This document shows, in pieces, positions 47,835-60,185 of a DNA stretch of 64,000 bases. The DNA lies in assembly GCF_035594765.1 (NCBI RefSeq), contig NC_085841.1, forward strand, positions 314,783,402-314,847,401, given 5' to 3'. Under the pieces are notes generated by a model. It was not told the origin of the DNA. It ran no database searches and saw nothing but the letters and a program-made list of their open reading frames with translations. Every line of letters begins with the position of its first letter. Position 1 is the stretch's first letter. The position numbers and the translations under genes are program-made. The DNA comes from Anolis carolinensis (Eukaryota).

Positions 47835-50477
47835 TGAGATCTTCATGTGTTCCTTGTCTAGTATTTCACCAGTGAGGGTAAGGCATTTATGTGAAAATAT
47901 GGAAGAAACTCATCAGTGCTGACTCCATAATGATGTCTCCTACCCATGAAAGACCTTTTAGTGAAGACACTGGATTTATTCAGGCACTAAGTTAAAACTT
48001 AGCTTTCAACCAAACATTTTAGATACCAGGAATTATAGACCTGACCTGACTGTATCTCCTCCTCCTCCTCCCTCTCCCTCCCCCTTTTTCTTCCTCCTCC
48101 TCTTCATCTTCATATCCCATTTCCTCTCTTAAATGAGAATCAAAGCAAAACTTGACCATCCTTAAAAAATAAGTGAACTATCTTGTTGCACCAAGAAGTT
48201 AACCTCCTTTAAAAAGTATCAAAATATATAGAAATGCAGCACAAAACCTTCTGGATCAGTTTATCTGACCTTGGGCTCTTAAGGGACCACTCTGGCCACA
48301 AACTTCATCCACTTCTGATAAAGTTGTGTGTTGGATAAGGATGCTGGAAGACTAACCTTTGAATTTCCACCCAGCTATGGAAATCCATTGGGTGATCTGG
48401 GGAAAGTCATGCAGGGAAACCCACTCTGAACAAATTCTGCCAAGAAAATCATGTGACAGGTTCTCCTTAGGGTGGCTGTAAATCAGAAATGATGTGAAGG
48501 CTCATGACAATGTCAACAACAACAACGATTTGTTCATTATTTGATTTTAATCAACAAGAGGCATAAAGATTTGGATTTCCAAATAGAGATTAAGATCCTG
48601 AGCCAAATGGAATAGGTCAGTCTATGAATCATAGCCCAAATTTGTGTTTGGTGTACACTCTCAGCACCCATTGTTATTGTTGTAGGGAGAAATACCAACA
48701 GTGTGGAGAAGCCATTGAGAATCCCTCTTTGTGTACTCTAATTGTTCGAGTCTGGTATAGTAAGACACCTTAAAGAGGGTGTTCCTCCAAAGAGTAACAG
48801 ACCATAGAGGTTCTTTACTGAACAGAAGAAAGCTCTCTGCATATGCTCAGATATTGTAATTTGCATACACCAGTCATTTATTCTTACACAGGCAAAAAGA
48901 ACAGTTTTAAAAAAGCTTTTTAAAAATTAAAAATCCTGGGGGTGTAAAGAATCTTTGTGATATTTCCCATATTTGAAAGTGATTTCAAATATTTGAAAGA
49001 ATGTTTGTTTGTGATGTTATACTACAAATCAAGAGTTTGCCGATATTTTCATAGGGTTTACTTCCAAGTGTGCATAGGATCTAGCAGTCAATATGTTGCC
49101 ACTGCCAATGAATTAAAGCTAAAGCTGTATGGTTTCTCTTATCATCATCTTTTCAGCTTTGAATTTTTGACCAAACTGGAGCCCACACTGCTCAACACTA
49201 CAACAAGAGAAAATTTAAGTGGAATAAGAACATGCAGACAAATGGGTGAAACATTTCTGAAGGGTTTAAATCTGACATTCCAAAGCAAACAAAGAGGTCA
49301 AATGACCTTTCCAGCCTGACTTCTCTCTCTCTCTCTTTTCCCTGAGACATTTAGAAAAACATTTAGGAAAACAATGAATGTTCATGCTAATGTAACCTCC
49401 CTCATGGCCCAGTTCCTGCCAAAAACAACATTTCAATGGCTACAAGGTGTGGGTTATAGAGAGGAAGGGGAGAATAAGACAACGAAGGGCATTTTCCCAC
49501 ATGAGGTTTAAATTGGCTTTCTATGACAATGGTTCCTATTGCAAATGTGAAACTATAGTACTTTCAGTCTCACTCCTGAAGAGTCTTCTTCAACTCATGC
49601 ACACAGTCACATACATATGCACAAAGCCAGATGGTGAGGAAGTTCCAAATACAATTCTGGGCCACTTCTGAAATGCCTGCAGTATGTACTTAATTTCATT
49701 CAGCAGTGGCCATCCATGGGTTAAAGGTCAAAAAGTTAGTCACACAGACGAATGCTAAATGATTTGTTCTCTGGATAGCTGTGAGAATATAATCAATGGG
49801 TGATAGAAATGGTTTTCATAGGGCATTCAAATTATCCTGAAAAAAGAATGAAGAAAGTCTCAAATGAAAGATGCATTTTGAAACTGGATCATCAAATTTT
49901 ACACCAGTGATGATCACATTAAGATGTTCACAGATGTGTCAAACAAAATGAAAGTGTACATTTTGAATACAATATGTTTACATTAAAGGTTTAGATCGAA
50001 GCAGAAATTTCAGTGACACGTTTTTCCATTCCGTTGGACCAGTAATGTAGAAATCTCCTCCTTGAAACTGGTCAACTTCAAAGTAAGGTTAGGTATCCTT
50101 TTGGCTCCCAAAGGCTATCACATGGAGCAAGGACTGGTGGATTAGGGAATGTAACCTGAGAATAGATGGGCACATGCACAAACATACCCATGAGTGCAAA
50201 ATCACATATAAGCATGCATACCCACAGTGCACCCCTTTCCCTCTTTATGTTGATACCCACGTTTCCTCTTTCCATTCTATCTCAAATACTATTGGGTGAA
50301 AATTCATTGCAATTGAGTAAAACCTTCCCCAAATTTGCAGTTGTTGAGGTCTACCTTCTCAGTGTGGCCAGTATGCATGAAACTATATTGACAGATTTCT
50401 ACATCTCCTTTACTGTTTTTTTTCTCCAAATCGTCCTAAGAGGCACATTTCTGGATTCATTCTAATCTTTTAAATAA

Positions 50478-50690
50478 TGTGTTGTCGAAGGCTTTCATGG
50501 CTGTAATCACTAGATTGCTGTGAGTTTTCTGGGCTGTATGGCCATCTTCCAGAAGCATTATCTCCTGAAATTTGGCCTGCATCTATAGCAGGTATCCTCA
50601 GAGGATATGGGGTATGTTGGAAAATGAGGTTTATATGTCTGTGGAATGCTCAGGGTGGGCGAAAGAACTCTTGTCTTTTTGAGTCAGTTG
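50478..50690 (-). mobile_element. Penelope-like terminal repeat with decayed hammerhead
   Basis: tgtgttgtcgaaggctttcatggc...gcctgcatctatagcaggtatcctcagagg; GAAA core mutated. Confidence 0.75.
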
Positions 50691-50741
50691 TGAATTCCTT
50701 TTCCCAGCCTGAACATTCCAGAGATATATAAACCCCATGGT

Positions 50742-52310
50742 GACATTGTCTTGTTCCTTTTAGGATCTCTAGATAATTTGACATTTGGCCATTTATCCTT
50801 AATTTGGCTTTTTGTTTTGAATCAATAGTACTGGTCGCTCTTTTAAATTGCTGGCCCACCTTATAATGAGCCAATAATTTTTCTATAAACTCCCAATAAA
50901 CATTATCGACAGCTTTCTCCACATCTAGAAATAGAATCATACCTTCTTTGATAAGGTCTTGTTCAGCAACTTCTAGTATGTTTAAAACCCTTCTTACATT
51001 TTGATTTATCTGTCTGCTTGGAAGGAAGCCTGCTTGGTCTTCAGGAAAATCTTAGCTAGAATTAATTTTAATTTGTTTGTTAATATTTCTGTAAATATTT
51101 TATAATCACAGTTTAATAGCAAAATTGGCCTGAAGTTCTTAACTTGCTTCACGTCTCTTGTCTTGTTTGGGGATGAATACTATAATAACCTCTGCCCACA
51201 AATTTGAGGTTTCTCCTTTCTGAAGCACTTGGTTCATTACTGAAAGAAGAGTTGAAGCCAATTCTTCTTTATATAGCTTATAATTCAAGGCAGAGAACCC
51301 ATCTGGGCTAGGGGTTTTATTTATTTTAGCTTATCAATAGCCTTATCTAACTCCTCCAGTATAATAAATCCATCTAATTCTACTTTCATTTCCTCTGAAA
51401 GTCTTGTAATATTCGGTTCATCCAGGTATTGATCTGTCTTTCTTGTATCTATCTGAATGTATGAATTCCTAAAATTATCTTCAAATATTTTATAAATGCG
51501 CCGCATTTCCATGATAGTTTCTCCTTTGTTCTTTATTTTTACAATTAATTGCTGCTTCTTGTGATCCTTCAGTTGCCATACTAACAATTTCCCTGGTTTA
51601 TTTGCATTTCCAAAGAATTTGTGTCTATTAAACATAATTTTCCTTTCCAATCCATTCATAAGTAGCAATTCATATTACTGCTGTAAATTAGTAAACTCTT
51701 ATTGTATTTTGCTTTTATCTGATTTATTATTCTCTAATTCTTTTTCTTTATCACTAATCCTGGTTAGGATTTTTAGCTGTATTTATTTTTCCCTTTAAAC
51801 CACATAGTAATTAGTTGAATTAGTAAGCCTCTTATTACCTCTTTCCCTGCATCCCAAAAAATCCTTTCATGCATATCATCCTTTATGTTCTCTTGTAAAT
51901 AATTTTATATTCCCACTATAATATTTTCTTTAATTTGGGGGTCTTTCAAGATGTGGTCTTTCATTCTCCACAGCTTCCTTTCCCAGTGCCTCCTCCCACC
52001 CCCAATTTTAACAAGACTGGATTATGGTCAGAAAACATTCTAGGTAGTATTTCCACCTTTTCAGTTTTTCAGACCAGCTCCTTTGATGAATATAATCAAT
52101 CCTGGATGATGTGCCATACCTGTGGGAATAGAATAATATGTATATTCTCTTCTGCCCAAATTGTATAACCTCCACATATCTTATAGATCCCACTGTTGTA
52201 ATTCTCCTAACAGTGAGTCTGGAAGTCCTTTGTATCCTTTTTCTATTACATTTTCTATCCAATTTAGGGTCCATTACCCCATGGCAGTGATTCAAGATAA
52301 CCATTCTAGC
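50742..52310 (-). mobile_element. L1/Tx1-clade LINE ORF2 fragment (endonuclease end to RT), degraded
   Basis: FYSHRYGTSSRIDYI (EN), FFGNANKPGKLLVWQLK, ELDKAIDKLK..K.PSPDG, LFLDVEKAVDNVYWEF...KGTRQC; frameshifts and stops. Confidence 0.85.
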
Positions 52311-53526
52311 TCCTGAAAGGCTCAGAAGCTATCTGGCTAGGATCCACTTTGTAATTGGTCTGGGATTCTCTCAGATATTATTGCTGGTTGGTCCCACCAT
52401 GAGGAAATTCAAAGTGTAACTGGATTATTTTGAAGAGTCTGTCTGTCTATTGATCCATCCCCAAAAAGGGCACAATCAGAAAGGAATGTGGTGTGGCAGT
52501 TGATGATGGGCTTAATTTCTAGGCTCTGGTAGAAACAGTGGTGTTAGTCCAGATATCCAATGGGCAATTTAAAGTGATGTTGCAAAAAAAATGGATCTGG
52601 TACAAAGGCATGGAAGAGGAAACTTTTCCAGATCATATCAGGTAAAAACAAGACAAAGGACCCTGGGCTCTGACACAAGTTCGTTGTGTGTTTCCCCCAC
52701 ATGCCCCAGTTCATTATGGATTATTATAATTTGAGGAAATGTTTCCTTGAGTCTGGGGTGTGTTGGGCAACATGCCAAAGCAAAGTTCATGAAGGGTTAC
52801 ACTGGGCACACTGACTTGCTGTATATCTCAATGGAGCTGCCTAGAAATTCATATAATTCATAATTTGGGGTCTGATTTTTTGATAACAACATGTCACAAT
52901 TTGGGGAGAAAGGCAGATGTAAGTAAATATAAAAATAATTAAAAATGCCTTGTCACAAACTGTGTCACAATGCAAAACTAACTTGCACTCCGTCACTTGG
53001 AAGAAGATTGAATTTTGGCCTTCTCTGTAGGCTCTGGAAAAGCAAATTGCTGCAGCCTCTCTCAGCCTGTAGCTTCTTCCTTATTTTTGTCATCTTGACC
53101 TCACTCACATGTATCCAGATTTTCCTCTTTGAAATGCTTCAGAATATGGGGAGACTGTACAGATTTTCAGATTGGCTTTAAAGGATAGAATCACTTTGTT
53201 TGTTGGAATAAAATGTCTTGAATTAAATCTAGGAGGCAAATGCTTCCTGGAATGATGAAGCACAATGCATTGGTATAAAAATGTAACCAATATTGAAAGG
53301 AGTTGGGGTTATAGCATGGAAAACAAATCTTTTGTACCATTTAGTACCATCAGTTCCCTTGCTGAGTAGTGCAACAGCTCTGGTGTAACATTTCCAGATG
53401 CTAAAGAAATCAAGAGGTTCGAGCTTCACTTATTTGGAAATCCAAAATACTTCAGGCTGAAATACTCCAAAATCAAAAATTTCCCTAACGGCGAAGCAAG
53501 TAAACATTCAAACACCGTGGTTGGAA

Positions 53527-53737
53527 CTACACTGTAGAATGAATGCAAGTTGGCACAAATTTAACTGCTATAGCTCAATGCTATGGAATCATGAAAGCTG
53601 TAGTGTTGCAAGGTGTTTAGCCTTTTCTGCTACAAGATGTTATTGACTCACCAAACTACAAATCCCAGGATTCTGTAGCATTGAGCCATGGTAGTTAAAG
53701 TGCTATAAAACTGCATTAATTCAGTATAAATGTATCC
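53527..53737. mobile_element. Harbinger-like palindromic MITE
   Basis: Same family as 30879-31534. Confidence 0.7.
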
Positions 53738-56013
53738 TGAGTGTGGAACCAGACTTCTATTCATTCACCCAATGTGACCTGTCTTTGAAAGAACATGCAG
53801 AATGTGGGATAGCACTTTGGAACATGGGTGTGTGAGCACTGAAGAATGTAATGCTGTGTCCGACATTTGGAAAAGTTTTTCCCAGGCTCTGGTTATATAT
53901 GCTGTCATCTGTTCTTCAGGATTTGTAAAACTGGAAAATTGAAAGGAGAAAACATAATAATTTGCACATTCACTTGGATTCACAATGTAAAACTATTTAA
54001 GCTGGGAATCTGTCCCCCGACTTTTGTAATGAGGGTTTTAGTGAGTCTGAGGTGCGGGTGTGGGAGCAGAAGAGAGGGTTAGGAAGGTTACATCAACAAT
54101 TCATCTTGAGCCTTTTGTTAATGTTCATTTTTAATGACTCCTCTGTGGCAGAGAGTTTTTCAAAGAAACACAAACAAAACACAGTTCTGTGGCTCTTCTT
54201 CTAGACCCAGTATAAACGCATCAGGCATTATTTTTATTATCTGAGCCTTAGTGAGTAATGTTCAGTTTATTAAACAGTGACTCAATGTTGAGATTTTTTT
54301 CTCTCTTTCTTTTTCAGATAGAAGCTTATTTCCCCCCTTCAGTAGTAGGATTAAGCTGACCTGTTTCATCATAATTTACCTAACAGCTGCCCTCACATTG
54401 CAACAACTAGCTTCATTTTCATCCCACTAAAACCTCTCTCTTTTATCATATTGTAAATTATTTACAGAAGTGCTGAATCATGAAGGCTTTGAGACTGGAG
54501 ACAAGGTATTTATAGTTTTAAAGAGGTTGTTCCCACATAATAGTAAGATCCCCCATCCCATACTATTGACATCTAGGGTTTGCCAGAGGAGCAGTTCAAG
54601 CAAGGGTCATATTGAAACCAAGGACATTAGCTTGGTGAGTGTTTTTCTGTCCTGACCCATTCAGTTTAGCTTATGCTCGATGGGCACAGATTCTTTTATC
54701 CATGGTCCTAGCTTATCAACTTCAATGGGATTTGCATTTCAACTCTTTTGAAGAGCACTGTGTGAGGAGAACTGCTTAGGGCAAAGGTCTAACATTTAAA
54801 CCTAAATAAAATAAAGAGATCTGGTGTTATAAGGCTACACCACAAGGACCTATATACCATCCAAACCTGTTTGTATGCCTGGATGCATTCTGATGGTATG
54901 GAAAGTTTGCGAATCTTGAGAATTGTCTGCATGGGATGCTACTTCATCACAATCAAAGTACTGTAGTTCCACAGAATTAGCCATTTTTAATTCCATCATA
55001 AGTGTGCTTGGGAAGTGGATGTCCATGGTGAAGCAAGCTTGTTATTTCTATAATTGGCATTATTCTCAATTGGTTTGTCATTCAGTGTAGGAATTGAGGA
55101 TCGTCTTCTCAGGAATTCATTTCAGGGTTGGAGGCTTCGTTAGTATCAAGGACTGGATTCTAGATGATGTGGTGGGTCTTTTGAGAACTATTTGGAAAAA
55201 TTGTGATATTTTCATTCCTAATAGATGTTACATTAATAAAACAGGTGTGTAATAATTAGTCCTTGGAACTATAGTGATTTTCCTAGGACTGCAGTTAGAG
55301 AGTCTGTGCCTGGTGAGCAGATAGGCTAGGACAGAGAAACCAACTCACCAGGTTGAAGACAAGCCACAGAGGTTTATTACGATTCGGCCAAAAGGTATGC
55401 AAGTAAAAGCAATTTGCTTCCAAAGGTGCAAGGATAAAGATAGAGAGAAATGCAAGACATCTTATACAGTTCATATACAGTTCTGAAACCATTCAGAATT
55501 CCTGCTCCCTCCCCTGATTGGTTGGCAAAGAGGCTGGTCAGGAATCTTCACCCAATCTTCACCGGGATTGGCTGAGAGTTCAGTTGATGTCACTGGGGAT
55601 TTCCTTGGCAGGGAGAATGGCAGACGGGGATTGGTCAGAGCGGATGATCAATCAGTTGTAGAGACACCCCCTGAAAGGGTGCAATCCAGGGAAAACAATG
55701 GTTATTGAATGCACATAAGCAGCAGATTCTCAGTTTCATGTGAATTGTATAAACATTTTGGGCTTATCTGGCTGGCAAAGGAAATCATATGTCTACGCAT
55801 TCAAACAAGGAATCTGATAATTACCTGGCTTGGAAATAGCCAGAGGGATTTACCCAACCTTTTCTATTCCCAGGAGATTATCTGAACAGGGTTACAGAGG
55901 GGTGGCTGTCTCTAGGCTACATTTTGATAGAGTTTATATACCTTTCATATAATAAAAAGATAACAGTACACAGTTTGAAAGATAGATAAAGGTAAAGGTT
56001 TCCCCTGACGTTA

Positions 56014-57082
56014 TGTTATGGTTGAGCCTCATGGCTCTGCTACTGGGAGACGTGGGCGTAAGACTCCTCGAGAGTCAGATACTCTTGAGGAGCGAGAAAG
56101 GAAGCGGCTGCGAGATATCTTTGCAGAACCATCTGATGAGGATTCTTTTGAAGGGTTTACTGAGGGAATGGAGGAAGAGATGGTTAGCTCGGAAGAGGAT
56201 GACATGGAATGGACTCGTGTAAGGGAGGATTTGGGTGCCACTGGCAATGATAGTATGGAAGGCGATTGGGGACCTTCAGGATTAGACCCGTGGACAAGCT
56301 GGAGGGATGGGACGGGATCCACAGCTGGGGATGCTGTGGGGCGTAGTCAAAGGTGTTCCAGTTCTGATGAGGAAAGTGATGAGGAAACGCCCGGGCTAAG
56401 GAGGACAGCTGATAGCGATGAGGACTTGTAACTGGCATAAAATGGGGTTTGGGAGCAATAGCAAATTGCGTTGGGCAAGGTAATCTGGACGAACGCTTGG
56501 GATCTGTGTGGGAAGTTTTCCTGAAGACAGGTGTGATTCGTTTGCTGACTACCTTTGACCTTCCGTCGTCTTCTTGACGGACGCCATCTGCTTGTTCTGG
56601 ACTTACGGACTGACTGACTACGGCCTCGGATTCTCCTACCTGTGTCTATCGTTGGAACTGGTGAACTACAAACGTCTGCATCTACCTTACGACCTTTGGA
56701 ACGGATTGGGACTTCGCTGACTGCTTCTGCCCTCGTCTGCTGTGTTTGTATCGGGAATTTGCCTGCTGTGTGGAGGAGTAACCTCTAAGTTACTCAAACA
56801 TAGCTCTTGGCAGCAGAGAAGCATCTGCTGCCAATTAGTTGCATTCCTTTGAACTCTTTGTTCACCAGCTTCTGTTTTGTTTATTCCCAGGCTGAAGCAA
56901 GCTGTTTTGATTTAACCCAGATTAAACTCCGGTTTAATCCGGTTTATCTTTTGAACGTTTTTCTTGTCTCTTTTACTTTTAAGGCCAGTGTTTGCCTAGC
57001 CCTTGTCTTTTACGGGCATTTTTGGTTCTGTAACTCCAATAAACTCTGTTATCTTTTATCTTGTGGCGTTCTGTCTTTGACA
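56014..57082 (+). mobile_element. Gypsy solo LTR (1069 bp)
   Basis: tgttatg...ttgaca with perfect 5-bp TSD cgtta; homologous to the 3' LTR at 62140-63290; TATA-like cataaaa at ~56437; AATAAA at 57038-57043. Confidence 0.95.
56018..56431 (+). CDS. LTR(U3)-encoded acidic integrase-tail ORF (137 aa) with FxGF motif; probably not expressed from the solo LTR
   Basis: 117/137 identical with no indels to the last 137 aa of the integrase ORF 62873-64000; contains DIFAEPSDEDSFEGF (56114-56158). Confidence 0.7.
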   Translation: MVEPHGSATGRRGRKTPRESDTLEERERKRLRDIFAEPSDEDSFEGFTEGMEEEMVSSEEDDMEWTRVREDLGATGNDSMEGDWGPSGLDPWTSWRDGTGSTAGDAVGRSQRCSSSDEESDEETPGLRRTADSDEDL

Positions 57083-57458
57083 CGTTAAGTCCAGTCGTGT
57101 CTGACTCTGGAGGGGTTGGTGCTCATCTCCATTTCTAAGCCGAAGAGCCGGCATTGTCCGTAGACACCTCCAAAGTCATGTGGCTGGCATGACTGCATGG
57201 AGCTCTGTTACCTTTCCGCCAGAGACCTATTGATCTATTCACATTTGCATGTTTTCGAACTGCTTGGTTGGCAGAAGCTGGAGCTAACAGCAGGCACTCA
57301 CCCCGTTCCCCGGATTTGAACCTGCAACTTTTCGGTCTGCAAGTTCATCAGCTCAGTGCTTTAACACACTGCACCACACTGATACAGTTTATTAAAAGTT
57401 TAGGCACAATATTCATGAGGGTATGGCTGCTGCTGGGTTTATTCCCAATCTCCTAAGG

Positions 57459-57593
57459 CAATATTTCTCAAACTGTGTTCCTCCAGGTGTTTTAGACTTC
57501 AGCTTCCAGAAATCCCAGCCAACTTACCAGCTGTTAGGAATTCTGGGAGCTGAAGTCCAAAACACCTGGGGGAGCATAGTTTGAGGAACACTG
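57459..57593. mobile_element. hAT MITE
   Basis: caatatttctcaaact / agtttgaggaacactg; degenerate TSD tcctaagg/ttctaaag. Confidence 0.8.
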
Positions 57594-57677
57594 TTCTAAA
57601 GCTTAGAACTTGTTCAACTCTGAACCTCTGGGAAAGGTTTTTAAGAAAAGGAAATATATATATATATCTATCTATTG

Positions 57678-57811
57678 CAGTGGTTCTCAGTCTGGGATCC
57701 TGAGATGTTTTTGGCCTTCAACTCCCAGAAATTTAATAGCTGGCAAACTGGCTGGGACTTTTGGGAGTTGTAGGCCAAAAACATCTGGGGAACCCAGGTT
57801 GAGAACCACTG
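57678..57811. mobile_element. hAT MITE
   Basis: TIR cagtggttctca / tgagaaccactg; perfect 8-bp TSD atctattg. Confidence 0.92.
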
Positions 57812-57819
57812 ATCTATTG

Positions 57820-57920
57820 GGTTGCTGTGATTTTTCCGGGCTGTATGGCCATGTTCCAGAAGCATTCTTTCCTGATGTTTTGCCTGCATCTATAGCAGGC
57901 ATCCTCAGATGTTGTGAGGT
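57820..57920 (-). mobile_element. Penelope-like repeat fragment with decayed hammerhead
   Basis: Minus strand ctgagga-t-gcctgc tatagat gcaggc-AAAA-catc; the GAAA and CGUC positions were lost by CpG-type changes. Confidence 0.75.
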
Positions 57921-58764
57921 AACCTCTCAAAAGCATGTATCTATTGATGGTCGCTTAGTGAACTATAAATCCTTTGGGGTGGGTGGGGGGAGGACCTCAA
58001 TAACAGAACCGAACTTTTCTAAACAGTAAGTAAGTAATATTGATCAATAGCAGTAACACAAACTTTTTCATGATCCTTAAAACTAGTTCTGGTCTGCTTT
58101 AATTCTTATTGACTCACATTGTGCCTTTAATAGTTTCATTTATTAGTGTTATTTCTACATAATTGCTTCTAGTAAGAAGAATACAGTTAGATGATGCTTC
58201 ACCATGCAAGGCTGCTAGCTGGTCTGCTTTTGGATTATTTCATGCAACGCTTCTTAATGTAGTGTTTTTGATTTTATATAGATATGATAATATTCCTGTT
58301 TTTCCATGTGTTTTCTTTTTCATCTTTACTCTAGGAAAAGGGGGGGTTATTCATTATTGTTCTCAAGCAATAACTGCATGAACATATATAAGGCCATAAC
58401 ATAATGTAATAATATTTTTAAATGGTTTTTGATTTGGGGTGCAGAAATCAGAAAATTACAGTACTGTTCACCTAAACCTGTTATCAAATTGATACATAGT
58501 ATTATTAAAGATGGAGGGTGGATATTGTGTTGTCTAACAGGGTACTTTTTGGATCAAAAGGGGAGAGCTTTGGTAATTTTCTCTTTCTGCTGTAACATTC
58601 TGTGACATTTGAAAATCTGTTCCAGAGTTTTGGAGAAGACTCCTGAGCAAGATGGGAAGTGGCTCTGTTTGAAGAACATATGGGATAGACTGAAGATTAT
58701 GTCCTCATCTCACTACAGTGGAAAGATGGGCAATATATGTTCTTAAAATCCCCACTTTCATATA

Positions 58765-60185
58765 TTCTTGGAGTTGGAAGGGATCCCAAGCATCATCTAG
58801 TTAAATACGGACCACACAGGAATACACAACTATAGCACTATTGAGAGAAAGTTATCCAGCCTCTGCATAAAAAGGAAGGAATGTTTGCCATTCTCCAAAG
58901 CTGTATGTTCCACTCCTGAAAAGTTCTTCCTAATGTTTAGGTGTAATATCTCTTCTTGTAATTTTGCATCCACTGATATATGTTCTTGTCTCTGAAGAAG
59001 CAGAAACCAACTTCACTCCACCTTTCACATAATATACCTTCAGATATTGAAGAACAGCAGCTATAATATAATAGTGATCTTACTTACTTAGGCGATCCCT
59101 CGTAGCTCGAGGACGATTGTCTTCCATAATCATGATCATTCTCATCTGGATACATTACAAATTGTCAATATCCTTCTTGAACCATGGTACTCACAACCGG
59201 TCACAATATCCCAGGTGAGGGTTGATCAAAACAGAATAGGGTAGTTCTATTACTTCCCTTGAATTGGAATTAGAGTGTTCCCTTGCTACTTTGCGGTTCC
59301 CTTTTTGCAGACTCGCTATTTCGTGGTTTTTCTCAGAGTGGCAGCGCCTGCCAGTTTCCCTTTTGTGCATGCACCCTTCCTCTCGTCGGCATCCAGGGGC
59401 AGCTCTCTGTTGAGGTGTTGCTGCTGCTTCTCCTCCTCAAGGCTGCCCCTTGCTCCGTGCCTGCCATATTACTCTGGCTGCCTCTGCTACTACAGCCAGG
59501 GAAGAAAGGAATGCCGCTCCAGCCAGGCAACTCTGGATGCCAACAAGAGGGATGGCGCAGTGGGAGCTGGTGGGTAAGAGGGTGCCAAGAAGAAGCACAG
59601 GAAGAAGAAGAGCAAGGGGTCCACTGGCGCCAGTAGGGAACAAACAGTGCAAAAGGGCCCGCAAGCCTCTCTGGGGCTTGCGCAGGGGAGAAAGGCCACC
59701 TAACTACTAAAAAAAGGTATAAATATTAAAATAAATATTACGTCCCTATTTCATGGATTTTCACTTTTCGCGGGTGGTCCTGGAACGTAACACCCGCAAT
59801 AAGTGAGGGAACACTGTATATTCCTGTTGAGTATAGAAATTGATTGTTTGTCCAATGCATCACATTGTTGATTCATGTTTAACTTATCATCTCTAAGATC
59901 CTTAAATCTTTTTTACATGTATTGCTATCAAGCCAAGTGTCACAATCCCATATTTGTGCCTTACATTTATCCTTGTTGAAGTTCATTTTGTTAGTTTTGA
60001 CCCCGCTCTCTAATCTGTAAAGATCATTTTGAGTTCTGATCCTGTACCCTGGAGCACTTTCTCTCCCTTCATCTGGTGTCATCTGCAAATGTGATAAGCA
60101 TACTGTCTATTCCATCATCCAAATCATTTATTTAGAAGTTGAAAAACTCTGGACCCAAGGCCAAACGCTTTGGCTCCTCACTAGT
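58765..60185 (-). mobile_element. Old CR1 (3' end plus RT), interrupted by an RTE tail (59079-59127) and a Tigger-like element
   Basis: gagttggaagggatcccaag CR1 end; minus strand ..FLNK*FG*/ICR*H..RIRTQNDLYRLE..KMNFNKDKCK. Confidence 0.7.
59273..59816. mobile_element. Tc1/mariner (Tigger-like) non-autonomous element
   Basis: TA-gagtgttccct...agggaacactg-TA. Confidence 0.8.

Larger units (their letters stand above)
55988..57378 (-). mobile_element. Sauria SINE split by the Gypsy solo LTR (55988-56013 and 57083-57378)
   Basis: aaaggtaaaggtttcccctgacgtta|agtccagtcgtgtctgactctgg...; (ACCTTT) tail on the minus strand and tRNA-like head near 57378. Confidence 0.9.
55248..57610 (-). mobile_element. 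Solo LTR-like element (related to 22852-24147), interrupted by a SINE, a Gypsy LTR and a hAT MITE
   Basis: Colinear blocks cacagaggtttattacgatt..caaaagg.atgcaagtaaaa, gacatcttatacagttc, tccctcccctga.tgg, and after the SINE tgatacagttt..taaa..gttag..ctgctgggt. Ends approximate. Confidence 0.65.

Noticed and set aside
59275-59710. GC-rich cluster of overlapping ORFs
   Set aside because: Interior of a TA-flanked Tigger-like non-autonomous element; no transposase or host motifs.
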